Origin: Amphiscolops sp. MND2022
Lineage: Eukaryota
Length of the DNA: 64,000 nt
Assembly: GCA_964187785.1 (NCBI GenBank)
Contig: OZ076409.1
Coordinates: 13,890,001-13,954,000 of the forward strand
Direction: 5' to 3'
Positions 1-13,161 of the stretch are shown piece by piece. The position numbers were made by a program, and so were the translations under genes. The notes under the pieces are model-generated. The model saw only the letters and a program-made list of their open reading frames with translations. It was not told the origin of the DNA and searched no databases. Every line of letters starts with the position of its first letter. Within the stretch, counting starts at the first letter, position 1.

Positions 1-226
1 CGAAGCCAAGCGGAGCGACGTGCCATATGGCCATGCCTCAATGTTGCTACTTGGCGAAGGGAGCGAAGCGACCGAGCCATACAACAAACATGCCAACCTC
101 TTCAAATAATAACCTGAAAAAAATCGCTGCTATTCTCTTTGAATAGCCTAATTTCCTTGGGCGTAATTTCCGTTTGGGCGTAATTTCCTTGGGCGTAATG
201 TCTTTGGGCGTAATGTCCTAGAACCG
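1..226. mobile_element. Right end of a Mutator/Foldback-like MITE with tandem subterminal repeats; left end is outside the window
   Basis: Four tandem copies of TTGGGCGTAAT(T/G)TC at ~157-220 end in CTAGAACC. The internal AAGCGGAGCGACGTGCCA motif is shared with the MITE at 2497-2794. Confidence 0.55.
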
Positions 227-786
227 TATCATCGGCTAACGGAGAGCTATGACTTAACCTGAATGCTATGTTAGTCTGTTCAAACAATCATTCAAGAAAA
301 CAAAAATGTTACGGACCAAGTTGGCGGAGGGAGCGAAGCGACCGAGCCACCCTAGTTGAGACTGCAGGAACTTTTTACATGCTGCAGGCCTGCATGCAGG
401 GTAATTGTTTATAAAACCTAGAAAATTCAGGGTAATTCAGGTGGTAAATCTTGTAGAATTACACTGCATTTTTCACTACTGCAATTAAATTTGAAAATAG
501 ATACAACATCATCACCGACACGACCTTATTGTATTTACAATTTGCTTTCTCAACTACTCATCTGATGTGATCACCGCGTCTCAAATAGGACGCTAAACAT
601 GACGGTATATTGCAGTTTATTAGGTGACTGAAGTAATTTTGCATTAAAATGGCTGTTAAACTGAGAGCAATTTATTTGCTTTTAAAATTAGAACTGCTTC
701 TTAATGAAACCTGCAAAACTTCAAGGCGTAAAATTGCCGCCAAAACTTTGATGAATCTTTCAAGCAGCTTGATAAAAGTCGAATAC

Positions 787-1094
787 GGTGAATTCCCAAA
801 TAACATAAGAGCAAATAATATAAAAACAAAATTAGTTTCAAATAACATAAAAATGAAATGAGTTTCAAATACCATAAAAATGAAATGAGTTTCACTAACA
901 TAAAATTGTTTACGAGAAAGTTTTACTGGTCAAAATCATTCACAATTCAAAAGATTCGCTGGAAAAAGTATGAAAATTACAAATAAAATTTTTTGAGTTC
1001 GATTGTTTAACCGTGTACTCGGTTTAATTTTTATGTTATTTGAAACTAATTTTGTTTTTATGTTATTTGCTCTTATGTTATTTGGTACGTAGTC
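787..1094. mobile_element. Mutator-like MITE
   Basis: Perfect 9-bp TSD GTCGAATAC (778-786, 1095-1103). Long inverted arms CCAAATAACATAAGAGCAAATAA... and ...TTATTTGCTCTTATGTTATTTGG are built from short A-rich repeats. Confidence 0.9.
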
Positions 1095-1591
1095 GTCGAA
1101 TACAACAGGTAAATATTTTCTCATTAAAGTTTCCGTAAGAGTTTTAGAAAATCATAATAAAAGTTGCTGGCAACATTAAAATACATGCAAAAAAAAAATT
1201 AAGTTCAAACATATTGGCTGTAACAGCACTAAAAACTAGTAGTTTGAATTCGGCTGTATGGGACCAAAATTTCATTTTCTGCTCTATGAATAGGCACCTA
1301 ACTTACTGTACAAGTCACACAGCGGGAGCGCGTGAACACAATGTGCGAAAAGACCTGAACTAAAATTAACAATTTGTGTAAACAATTTGTGTAAACAATT
1401 CGCCAGACATTTGCTCTAAGTTTTATTGGTAAAATTATTTGACTCTTAAAATAAATTATTTGTATTTTATCATAGAAAAAGTAAGTTATTTGTATTTTTC
1501 CGCGTTCCAGTAAAATATTTTGATGATATTTATTGGAATTATTTAAGCGGAATTTTTTTCGGTAACCCTGGTATGTTGTGTATTAAGTTCG

Positions 1592-1801
1592 TCAATCATT
1601 GGCTGCCGCGCCTTTATCCTTCTCGCCTTTCTTCCTACGCGGCTTGGTGGTCGATGACGTAACGGCCCCAGTGCCTGCATTGCCCCCCGACCCGTCTGCA
1701 TTGTCTTGCTGCTCGGAACTCTCGGCCGCCTTGCGCCTACTTTTGTTCACGCTTTTCTTGATATTAGTCATCAGTTTGTGCAGCACGTCTTGGCTGAAAT
1801 T
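1592..1801 (-). CDS. Terminal coding exon of CXorf65/C22orf15-like gene (NFSQDVLHKLMTNIKKSVNKSRRK...AAAND*)
   Basis: Acceptor tttttctag at phase 0 matches the donor at 12917. Basic low-complexity C-terminal tail ends in TGA. Confidence 0.75.
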   Translation of the reverse strand, partial: NFSQDVLHKLMTNIKKSVNKSRRKAAESSEQQDNADGSGGNAGTGAVTSSTTKPRRKKGEKDKGAAAND

Positions 1802-2496
1802 CTAGAAAAAAATCAGGGTTAAAAATGAGAAACTAAATGTCTGAGGTTTCTTTTGATGTATCGTGAAGGTTGGAGATTTCTAGATCTTCAAAACAAAGAA
1901 ACGAACGCTTTGAGCTGGAAATCAGGGTAATCGTCAGGCAATTAGGTGATTAATTGATCCCTCAGTTGTTCTAATTACTTGCAAAAATTTTCAGGGTTGT
2001 TTTTTTTGCATTGTATTCATGAAAGTGTCTACTTGTTTTCATCAGTCGTTTTTACTTTAGGTCATTACGAATTTTCCGAAAATCTTCGGTAATATTTTTT
2101 CACTCCATTGCATACAAGAAAATTCTCTGGGATATATATGTATTTAAACTTCGGGAGTTTTCAGCGACTTTTATATTGAATTTCATGATAATGGCAATTT
2201 CTTGGTGTCTAGATCACTCAGACGTGTTTGTTCAGCAGTCAAAGTTGATCGAAACCTCAGTAAATGACAGAGCCTAGTTTTTCTTTTTTTTTAATGGGGT
2301 TTTCTGTGATAACTATAGTGAACGCTTACATAATTCCATGGAACAAAAAACCTATTTGCAAAAGTCTCCAATTTTTGACAATATCAAAGAGCGTCAAAAA
2401 GTTCTATATTGACCGACCGGGTGCTATAATTAATAATGAATTGAATACGAAAAGATAAAACATTTGCACGAGGAAAAGCTCTTTCTATGAAACAAT

Positions 2497-2794
2497 GATA
2501 TCAGGTCAAAATCTCCTGTTAAAATCTCTCAAGTTAAAATCTCCTCGGGTAATATCTCCTAGGCTAAAGTTTCCGTCAAATTCTAAATTAGTGAATCGTG
2601 ACTAGTTACGTTCACATACCGATAATACCGTGAATGCAGGAGCGAAGCGGAGCGACGTGCCACTACTGGTTCGGCGACTGGTTTTGATGACGAACGACCT
2701 GGAGGACGACCGAGTCATATAATCAATGTTTTGACTCCATTTTATTTAGATTTTAGCATAGGAAATTTCAACTTAGGAGGTTTTGACATGTAAC
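2497..2794. mobile_element. Mutator-like MITE
   Basis: 9-bp TSD TGAAACAAT (2488-2496, 2795-2803). Imperfect TIRs GATATCAGGTCAAAATCTCCT / AGGAGGTTTTGACATGTAAC, with tandem AAAATCTCCT subrepeats. Confidence 0.85.
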
Positions 2795-4829
2795 TGAAAC
2801 AATTTGGTTCAAATACTGGTAACAATACTGGTAATCTGAAATCAGTGAACAAACTGAGCAATAAATTTGTATTGAATTGGCATATTTTTCGTTCTCTAAA
2901 AACAGTACAACAGTATGAAACAAATGAAAAGTATTAGACATTTGAAGTTGTATGATTGAATTTCATAATTTTTCAAGACTTGTAGACTAGTTAGAAAAGT
3001 GCGAACATTAATTACTTCCAAATTAGCATTGTAACTTGTCCGTCATGCGAACCTGAAACTTATCAAAGAATTAGTCTTCCAGAAAAGAAAGAGTCATTAA
3101 AGCGTCATCTTTTATATAATGACGACAATTTTCAATCTTCGTCAAACAATATCACGCTTATGAACTTCGATTGACAGAAGATGTCCAATATATGGTTGAC
3201 AACAAGGGTGATTAACTAAAACGGATTGCTATGTCATTTGTTCAACATATAGGTGGTATACAATTGTTCACTTTTCGAAAACATACTGCAGTTATCTTTT
3301 TTTCGACGGCGAAACAATAAAGTTATCGTTATAGGCTAGCAATAACTGAGTGCTGAGAAATTGAAGTGAAAAGACTGACTGTGTGAAACTGTATTGTATG
3401 GCGTATCTGTCAACTATGGCAGATTGTTTTCTTTTGCCACTTTCTCTTTTGCCTTTTCTTTTTGCCATCTTTGCCATCTCAGATAACGTGTTTAATTATT
3501 TCCAAATCAATGTTTTAATCTAATGTACAACGTGCTCTACCACACTACCCTCACTGGCATGGGAGGTGAAGGGGGAACATCTTACAAACAGAAATGGATA
3601 GTTCAATCATGGGATAGCGCCATAATGGTTTGGGTAGTTAGCACACAGTTTACTAAATTAATTTCCATAAGAACGACTAGCTCTCAAATTAATATATATG
3701 CTGGCTAGATAACTACAACAAAATGTTCAACTCAAGGGTTTGTCCACCCAATTAACAAATGGTACCACGTTAAAATTGGCAACTAAAATGGACGGTTTTT
3801 TCAGCGGCAGTTTTATTTACAGGGAGTTTGGGTAGGGATTTCTATCACGCTTGGAAGGCTAGCTTCTTCCGTCAGGGATTCTTGTTCTCTTTCGGAGATC
3901 ATAACATTGTTTCCCCATCGATCCGGCTTTTTGGTAACTGGCTGAGGAGCCGGGTTTCACCCACTTGACTGAACCTTTGATCGGCATCTTGGTTGGGTCT
4001 TGTTCACTTCTGCCAATTTCGGCCGATTCGCCGTCGACCACTAGTTGTGTGTTCCGGTTGCTCGGGGATGTCTTCGTTTGAAGTCGCTTCATTTTTTACC
4101 TGCACTTCCCAATCTTTGTTGCTTGCTGTGCGTTCTTGTGGCATTATCCTCATTACGGGTTCCAGTACTGTTTTTAGCTTCGTTGCTTTTCTTTCCCCTT
4201 TTCTCTTTTTACACTCTCCTCTTTGGCCTCACTTGCCTTTCTTTTATTCCTTGCCGACTTGTTCCCACTTGGCTCCTTGCTAGGACTTGCCACTTTGCTG
4301 CTGTTTGCCTTATGTACATTTGTATCCACATATCTTTTTGAGTACACTACTTGTTTGCCCGCCTTTGGTAAAATGTGATTGTATGGCTCGACTCGCCCAC
4401 GATTTGTCCTTTTACCATTTTGAAGGCGCTCTCCAGTTTTGTCCCTCTGGCACATTCTCTGACTAAAACGGTAGAGTCTGTTTCTTCACTAAAATCGTCT
4501 CGGGTCTTGATCTGAAATACATTTTTCTATCAATCGTAATTTTTCCGCATTTGGTTTCCTCCCATTTTGCTTTTCAAACGCCGACTTTCCGTCAGGGCCT
4601 TTTTTGATCTTAGTGCAAATAAAATTTTCGAGATTCCGCTTTGGTCTTTAGAAATCAAAATATTTGTGCTTGTTCTCAATCTTTCATTGATCGTTTGGAT
4701 CATTCTTCCTACTTTCGCGTTTCCCTTATGATCTCCCACTGGGCAATTGAATATTTTCTATGATTTTCTCTTTACAAATTGTTTTGAATTTTTTTTGTTC
4801 TTAAATGATGTTCCGGGATCTGTTCTTAT

Positions 4830-4951
4830 TCTCCTAGGTATACCTTAGGTATTCTCTTAGGTATACCTAGGTATACCTTAGGTATTCTCTTAGGTATACC
4901 TAGGTATACCTTTGGTATTCTCTTAGGTATACCGTATCTCTTAGGTATACC
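4830..4951. repeat. 33-bp-period tandem repeat of palindromic AGGTATACCT units inside the Gypsy 1 integrase
   Basis: About three copies of TAGGTATACCTTAGGTATTCTCTTAGGTATACC, translating as repeated GIPKRIPKVYL. Confidence 0.9.
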
Positions 4952-7037
4952 GATAGATTCTAGAAAAAATTCGAGTACTTTGTCTGTTGTGGGATTAGGA
5001 AGAAATATTCCATCTGGCCATCTCGAGTGGTTATCTACGGATACCAATAAATACTTTTTCTTTAAATTTGCATTATGGAAGAACCCACGAAACCTAACGA
5101 AATTTCTTCATTTGGCTGATTGGCCACTGGTAATATTCCAAATTCGTTTTGTTATTCATGGGGTTTAGGTTCTTACCTGCTAGGCGGCATTCGATGCATG
5201 TATGTCTGTGATCGATGTATAAGAAGTCGTTGGAGTCAACGGAGAACAAATTGACTTTTTCCGTTGAACGTGCAAAAACGGCGGTATTTTTATTGTGAAC
5301 CAAGTTGATTACTTTTTGAATTACCCGATCGTTTTCGGCGTTGGCTTCTTTATAAACGCACTAGTTTTCGACATTGGCAAACCTTTGGCTTCTGCCATTG
5401 TTGGTGATTAGCTTGTCAACTGCTGATATTTGCTCAATTGCGGTGTTTGTTTGCATAGGCATGTGGACTGACATAATTCTCCTGTTCTGCTTATGCTTTG
5501 CGTCTTTGCTTTCCTGCTCTCTGATTGGTTTACGCTGTTCTGCCAATCGCTTCAATTCTCTGGTAATTTTTCAACAACATTTACTTTACACCAATCGTTA
5601 AATGATTCCTCCGCTTTAGCTACCAATCCTTTGTATTCGAAGGTATGTCTAGACAGATAATCTGCCATTCCGATGGTTTTCCCGGGAGTATGTACATTAT
5701 ATAAATCAAACGGCAGGAGTCTGTCCATCCACCTAGTTTTTCGGCTTGAAAAAATTTAATTTCCTTCATCAGATCTGAGTACACTCTGCAATGCTTTTTA
5801 TGGTCGGAAACTATTCTGAATGCGACTTCGTACACGTAGTTTTTAAAACGTTCTATTGACTATACTACCACCAGTAGTTCTATTTCACTAATTGAATATT
5901 TGGACTCCAACTCGGATAAAAATCTTGAAGCATACGCAATTGTTTTTCATCTGTTTTCCTTGCATTGCTGTAGAATCTCGTTTGCTCGCATAACATATGA
6001 TTCTCACAGGTTCTTTTTTGAAATGCGTTAATTCCGCTGTTTTCTTCACTTCTTGGTTAACTCTTTTGAACGCCCTTTCATGTTCATCGGTCAAATTGCA
6101 TACTGCGTCTTGCTTTAGAAAAGATCTAAACAGAAAACACACTGACGCAATTCGGAAATAAACTTATTGAATTGATTTACCACGACAAGGAACGATCGTA
6201 GTTCCTTCCAATTCGTCGGTCGTAGTTTTTCTGTTATGCATTGCCTTTTGAATTTACAGGCGAAATACCCTGACTTGCCATTTTAAAACCTATTCACTCA
6301 ATTTCTTGTTTTGCTACTTTACATTTTCCCGCCTTTAATTGTAGTTTTGCCGCATCCAATGTTTTCAAATTTTCCTGCCTTTTATCTATGTTGTCCTGCT
6401 TGGTTCCCTTGGTTATTATTAGAATGTCATCTATAAACATGAAAACTTCTCTAAATTTTGCTAATAAGATGTCAATTACTTTTTGAAATTCTGTTGGCAA
6501 AACCACCAGACAGTAAAATCCCGTAACAAATATGTACGTTCCGGTGGATCCCCACCGATAATTTGAAACTTGCACTCTTTTGCCGTTAGCTGGTGTAAGG
6601 GGATTTGACCGAAAGCGTAGGTCTTATCTACCGACTAAAATCACGCTTCGCTTTCTTCAGCATCCAGTTTTTCTGCGACCATTTTTAGCAAATTGTCTAG
6701 ATTTGGGATTTGATATTTATCTTTATCGATAGCTTGGTTGAGCACACTTGCGTCTAATGCTATTTTCATTGAACGATCCTTCTTTACCATGATTACAGTC
6801 GGCTGGATGAACAGGTCAACCTTTATTTCGTTAATTTTCTCGATATGACCTTCTTGGACAATCTACTTATTTCTGCATCCACTGCCTTTTGCAGTTGAAT
6901 GGGGATTCCTCTGCGTTTTTGCTGAATTACCTTCTTTCTGGTTCCAAGTTAATTTTTACTTCGTAAATGTTAACTTTACCCTGTCTTTTGAATTAATTCG
7001 GAAACTCATTGTCTAGTGGCTTAGTATCCGTGCTTAG

Positions 7038-9164
7038 TGTCACGACCCGCTCCCGGTCGGTGTTGCACTTGTCACGAAGAGATGCATAAATTTGCCACTG
7101 GACTTGGTCATGGAGCCTTCAAAAAGTAAACACCTTATCTTGTCCTTTTAAACTGTAGCACGACAATGCATTAAGCTGGAAGAATTTTCAATAAACGTAA
7201 CCGCAACGTAAAACATTCAAAAGTGATTTTAGGACAAAACAAAATTTCCGGTTCAATGTTTTTACACGCAACTATTTTTTCTACTTCCGGTTTTGTCTTC
7301 TGAAATCTCCATACTAGTCTAAATAACAAAACGAGAACATATCCAACATTGGGATCTTTTTTTCTTTTCACACTAAAAAGAAACATTAAAAAAACATTTA
7401 ACTCCGCAATCCCAATGGAGTATTTACAATCTAAAATGAAAAGAACATACAAAATATTTTAGTGGTATTGTTTTCCATTACAAAAGTAGTTGCCAAAACT
7501 CACTGAAATTACAGTCAAATAATTTAAGTAAATATTCACAACGATTATGACAGCGTCTCTCAACTAAGCTAGTAACATATGTTTCATTTTGTACCGACCA
7601 ATAGCGTTGTCCCTTTTGAGCTCAAACCAATAAAATCATACTTGGTTGCCCTTAGCAACGCCAGCTAGACAAGAGAAGAAGAATGAATTCGCCTACGCTC
7701 TCCGCTTCTGCCGCTCAGCTAAAGCCAATTTTAATACGTACGGACCAATTAGGGCGAAGTTTGTGAAATTGTACTCCGTAGCTCATCTATAGCCAATCTT
7801 AATACGTATGGAGCGCTTATGGAGCGAATAGTAAAATTGTTGCTATGACCAAACTTAATACATGCAGAGCGCTTACGTAGCAGACTGTAAGGCCAGGATT
7901 ACTCTAGTTCGCTAAGGTATATTTTAGAATGTACGGAATCATCACGGAATAATGGAAATCTTACGGTATCAGAATCATATTGTACCGAATTTTTTCCGTC
8001 GTGCTAGCAATGATTTGGAATGTCGTGCTGCAGGTTAAGACAAGAAGAACAATCATATTGTGCGATGTAATGATGCTAAAAAGGTGCTGTTTTCTTTTTC
8101 TGAAAATGTGTTTTGTGTTTTGGTCCTTGCTGTTTTTACAATATTATGGTGATTGTTTATTAAACTAATCTGGTCATCATGACCTCTGAACGTGTAAAGT
8201 TGATTTAGATTAACACTATGTTATGAAACATGTAAATGTAGTTATTGCTCTGTATTCATCATTTTCTAGCATCGTTTGTTTCTTGCATAATAAGGCTTGA
8301 ATAGTCTCAGTACATTAAATTAAAATTCTCCGTAACATCATCGGAGTTTTTTTTGCTTGTCATTCTTTATTTTTCACTAGTCCTGCGCTGAATCATTGTT
8401 CACGCCAGCGTACTTTCTTCGGTAGAAATTTAACTAGATTTTTATTTTGCCGCCTTTTATTTGACTGACTAAACCGGAAATGAAATAGTTGAACAAAAAC
8501 ATTTCAACAAATGTTCCGTAAACGAGACGCGACTAGGAATTTTGAAATCTGAACTAATGACTGGAAGACTGAAATAATAAGGACGATTAAGCATTTTTAG
8601 TGATCAAAACCGATTTTTAGAATTCCTTGGAAATTTTATGTGAGGAACAAGTGATGCTGAGAAGGTATATATACTTAGGATTTTGTAAAACGATTCATTC
8701 AATTTTGTTGCGACATTACTCCGTTCAATAAAAACGAAATTCTTTGAATTCCGACTTTCCAAAGAATCTCTCGCTTTTTCTAAAATGACTACTAGAAGCC
8801 AGAAAAGTAAAGCAGTAGAAGAACTATTTTCTGCTGACATAGAGACCCCTTTCGCTGGAAATATCCAGAACAAAAATCCCGTAGCGAGAACAAGCAAATC
8901 TCCTATGGTGCATACCGAAAACTAGAAGAAATTAAATATACTCTTAGAAAAGAGATAATGTCTGGCCTCGCGAAGATCTTAGCTGAGAATCAAAAGGAAA
9001 TGCTGAAACTAGTAGCTCCTGTAGCCAAAAAACAAACTGCATTAATCGTCCCAGATGAAACTGATTCTGAACCCGAAAATGTCCCGGCGACAGCAACTTC
9101 TACACCATAAAGCCTAAAACTACTGCGACTACTCAAAAAACAACCCCGGTGAATAGTCGTAACA
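7038..9164 (+). mobile_element. Solo LTR (2127 bp) inserted in Gypsy 1 pol between protease and RT
   Basis: Ends TGTCACGAC...GTCGTAACA (inverted, TG...CA). Perfect 5-bp TSD CTTAG (7033-7037, 9165-9169). Host pol continues on both sides. Diverged CCAAT-containing direct repeats at ~7720-7880. Confidence 0.9.
8785..9164 (+). pseudogene. Disrupted ORF inside the solo LTR 3' end, probably a gag N-terminus
   Basis: Reads MTTRSQKSKAVEEL...SKSP / EEIK...IMSGLAKILAENQKEMLKL...DSEPENV / KTTPVNSRN across frameshifts. Homologous to 39606-39959. Confidence 0.7.
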
Positions 9165-10835
9165 CTTAGTTCGTTTTCGTTTACTATAGAATTTACTTTC
9201 AACTCACCCTTTTCTGGTTCCAGCTTTTATCGTAAAATTGTCAGCCATTCTCTGCCAATTATTGATTTTGATCAGCTTCGGGCAATTAGAATTCTGGCAT
9301 TTCTGATACAGCTGTCATTCACATGCAACTCGCAAAAAACATATTTCAGAAGTTGCAGTGGTTTTCCGTTGAAATCCGCATAGCGTTCACCTTTTACCAT
9401 CTGTCCAATTGGCAATTTTTCTCTCTTCATGATTCTTTTGATCTCGTCCAGTGCGAAGATGGTTACTGGGGATCCCCTATCTATCATGGTTTTGAATGGA
9501 TTACCATAAATGACCCCTTTCATGTAGTATGGTTTCGCTTCATTATTGCCTCCTTCTACATTCAGCACCATGTAATCGTCATCTTCTTCGTCGCCGAACT
9601 CTTCCTGATCGACCAACTGCACGCGCTTCCTGAATCCTCTGGAAGTGCCATTTATGGTAAGTATCTTTTTTTCTGGTTGCACACCCGCTCTAAATGGCCT
9701 TTTCGCCAGCATTAATTACACATTGCATCCGGTGCTTTGCACCGTTTTATGTCGTCTAGGGTAAAATTTCCAGCGCCGCGTCTCCAGTATTCTCTTGAAT
9801 TACTATTGCTGACTACACAAATCAGCTCTTCTTTCACTTTGGGTTCTTGGTTTTTGTATCCGTAGGATTTTTGCTGTTTTAAGCCATCCTCGGAGGCTAT
9901 TGCGATTTATAACGCTTCAGCTGGTGTCTCGTTTGGCTCAGTACAAAGTCTCTCTTGTACTTGTTTGTTTGCCATGTACAGTACGAAGACATCGTGTACT
10001 AAATTTTTGTTTAACCGCCAAAATCGCATTTAGTAGCGAGATCTTTTAGTGCGTTCCAAAACTGATTTAGCGACTCCGAAGGTTTTTGTTATCGAGAAAG
10101 AAATACATGGCAGTCTAGGGTTCGATTACGTTGTATTTGAAAACCTTCAGTGAAATATTGCATTAGCTCCCGAAGTTCAATTAGCAGAATGTTGATGGTT
10201 GGGAACTTGTCCATTAGCTTTTTTCTTGCGTTCTTAAAATGAGCACAGTGACCGGATTTTTTGATGCATTAGTTGATTGTCTTCAGTGGTTATCCATAGA
10301 AGACAACTAACTCTGGAATTAACTTTTTTTAGTATTGAAAATACTTCACTCCGAAATCCCCTTCCAGTTACCAGGTCGCGACGACAACTTTAGCGAGATG
10401 ATGTCTTCACAGTATTTCAAATGCTGGTGACACCCTGGCGACAAAAGTACAAAATTTTTTGCACAAACAGTAGTATGCTTTGCGACTATTCCCAAAAGTT
10501 GAGGAACAAAATAGGGGTCTTATTATTACTTCGAGCCTTGCTTATCGATTTATTTTTCATCTCCAGCAACAGAATAACGTTTTTCCGATAAATGATATTT
10601 TCAGATTGATAGATTCTTCATTGATAACTGAGGTTTTTCTCTTGTTCAAACAAAACTGGTTGCCGCTTTAACCGTTAATAAACAAAGGTAACTTGGCCTA
10701 TTTAAAAAACGGAATTTACAAAAATTCTTTTACCGCAAAAATGCAAACCGATTTAAATTTTTTATGTCAAGGCGTTAACATGGCCCACTCCCACTACCAT
10801 GTGAAATATTTTGACGCCTGCAAAGTAAGTACTTC

Positions 10836-11830
10836 GTGGGCAGGTACCAAAAACACTTCTTTGAAAATGAGTTTGCAAACGCACGCGTTTTACTTGAATA
10901 TCTCTACGAGATTGTCACTAATGACACTGCTGAATTGCGTAAGCTGTCACGCATGCCGGAAACTACATTTTATAGAAATTTGAAACAAAATTACTCAATA
11001 TGGGACAACAGAAAGAAAGCCCGGAAAAGGAGGACCCCAAGCTCTGACTCCAGACGACAAGAGATCAATATGCCAAACAGCCATCCGAAACCCTCTTTTT
11101 TCGACCGCAAAACTAACTCGTGAGTTTCGGGAAGCAAGGGATGTTCACGTGTGGATACCCACCGTCTATCGAACTTTGAAGAAGGCAGGCATTTCCAAGA
11201 AAAAAGCACAGAAAAATCCATTGTTGACAGATGCCCAGAAACAGAACCGTTTTTCCTTCTGTCAAACTTGGTTGGTCTACAATTTCTTCACAATTGTGTT
11301 TATCACCGACGGGTCACATTTCCAATCATATAGAAACAGAATTTTGCACTGGTACAAAGGTCAGAAGCCTGTGAAACCTGCACCCAAATTTTGCCCCAAG
11401 ATCATGGTGTGGGATGCTCTCAGCTATCGTGGAATTTTAATAAAAATTTGTGACCGAGGGTCAATTAACAGCCAACGATATATTGATATTTTCCAGCTGG
11501 GTGGATCGTGCAACAGGACGGTGTAACTCCCCACACGTCAGGAGAAACTCGAATTTTTTGGAGGAAAGAAGGTTTTACATTTTGCAGTGGCCTGCCAGTT
11601 CTCCTGACTTTGCACCTGTTGAGAACGTCTGGGGGATACTTAAGGACGACGTTGAAAAGAAAAACCCTAAAAAATTGCAAGATTTGAAGAAGTTTATCTT
11701 GGAATCGGAGCGGTAAATTACATTCGAACTGCAGAGAAATTGAATCGACTCTATTCCCGACCGATTTTGCTGCTGCATAGCCGCATTATCGAATAATTTT
11801 CTAAAATGTGATAAGTACAGAGAAAATGCT
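10836..11830 (+). mobile_element. Tc1/mariner (Tc1-type DDE) transposase relic
   Basis: Motifs TVYRTLKKAG, KNPLLTDAQKQNRFSFC, VFITDGSHF, KIMVWDALSYRG and QWPASSPDFAPVENVWGILK across frameshifts. Possible termini CAGTG (10246) and CACTG-TA (11904) are weak. Confidence 0.9.
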
Positions 11831-12499
11831 TCCATTTGATGTATTTTATGTTACATTTGGTTTGTTGTACGATTCACAATTTGGAAGGAGCTGTAAATAC
11901 ACTGTACTCTCGTGGAGCGTCTAAAATCACCATCTGGTGGAACAAGATCAGAAGTCACCGTACTTTTGGGATAAAATTCGAAACCACTATTTTCGGAAAA
12001 TAAGATCTGAGAGCACTATTTGACAGAATTAGATCTCAAATTGTTGTAATCTTTTTGTGGATACTTGACCAAAACGAATTAAACGCTATCCGAGTCCTTG
12101 AGATAATTGTGAATTCAAGTACATCAGTAACTTTACATGATCAGAAACACATTTAAAAGCTTCTTTCGCAGAGAGCTTTTCTCGATTAGAACAGTCATCA
12201 CCAGGGCAGATCATGGATGAATCATAGCCGAAAATCATGCATCATCATTATACATGGCAAATCTTCAGCAATGGGCTATCCATGGCATGATTTGCCATGG
12301 AAGCCGAAGTTTCGAGTATACAAATCCCTGATCGTGTATAAATCACTTTGAAAAAGTCATGACAGACAGACAACCTGGCCTATACCGAGGATTTTTTTGA
12401 GATCGAGCAGGAGCGAAGATAGCAAAGCGATCGAGAGCAAGCGAGTCTTATTGGCAGCGAGAGAGAGCGTGCATACGACCTCCCGACAAGAACATATGC

Positions 12500-12552
12500 A
12501 ATATATTGCCCAACAATTGCCCAACAATATATTGCCCAACAATTGCCCAGGG
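12500..12552. repeat. Short tandem repeat (ATTGCCCAACA)n, likely a TE subterminal array
   Basis: Four ATTGCCCA units directly visible. Confidence 0.7.
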
Positions 12553-12916
12553 TTTAGTTAGCGAGCGATTTTAAGAACTGAATTCACTCGTTTTGCAACT
12601 AGAACTTTAACGAAAAAGTTATTGGTTGAAGAAAAATGAAGCATTACGATACATATGCCACAAAAGCGGAATTTATCATCAAGTGTAAAGTGAAGCCTGA
12701 GGGGCATTGAAAAACGCCGAAACGGGCAAAATTGATGCATAATAATCTATTTTATAATCGTGATGCATAATAATCGTATTATGATTCATGGAATATGTAC
12801 GATCAGCTGCCGTTTAAACGTTCAATTTCGGACCTGTTTCGCGAAGTTAAACCCAAAAGATGAATTACAGGGTTAACCATGACCCTAAAAATTAAGGAGT
12901 GATTGATCGTCTTTAC

Positions 12917-13111
12917 CTCTTTTCCGTAAATATCGACATTATTCAAGGTGCCGTCAGTGTTTTTGCGGATGATGGCAGGGTAGTATGTAGCTGTGTCCTT
13001 GAGCAGTTCGTAAGCTTTCTTAGTGTGAGTCATCTCGTTGATGTTGAGCGTTTGACCTGACTCGTCAACTAGGTCAAGGTCAGTGTGGCTAGTATCATCC
13101 AGAAGTCGACC
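12917..13111 (-). CDS. Internal exon of CXorf65/C22orf15-like gene (GRLLDDTSHTDLDLVDESGQTLNINEM...YELLKDTATYYPAIIRK...GKE)
   Basis: Acceptor aaactttag, donor GAG|GTAAAG, 195 bp, phase 0/0. The DLVDESG...LK..ATYY pattern resembles the CXorf65/C22orf15 family as recalled. Confidence 0.8.
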
Positions 13112-13161
13112 CTAAAGTTTAAATATGAAACGAAGTTTGGAAAACAAAAATGAGGAACAAG

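Larger units (their letters stand above)
3290..10235 (-). mobile_element. Degenerate Ty3/Gypsy LTR retrotransposon 1, interrupted by a solo LTR
   Basis: Frameshifted gag (~9720-10235), protease MIDRGSPVTI (ORF 9272-9712), RT FIDDILII (6294-6575), RNase H ELLVVVYSIE-like (~5750-6050) and integrase VSVDNHSRWP / GDHKGNAKVGRMIQTINERL (4500-5300), in Gypsy domain order. A 3' LTR at ~3290-3544 is only tentative. Confidence 0.9.
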
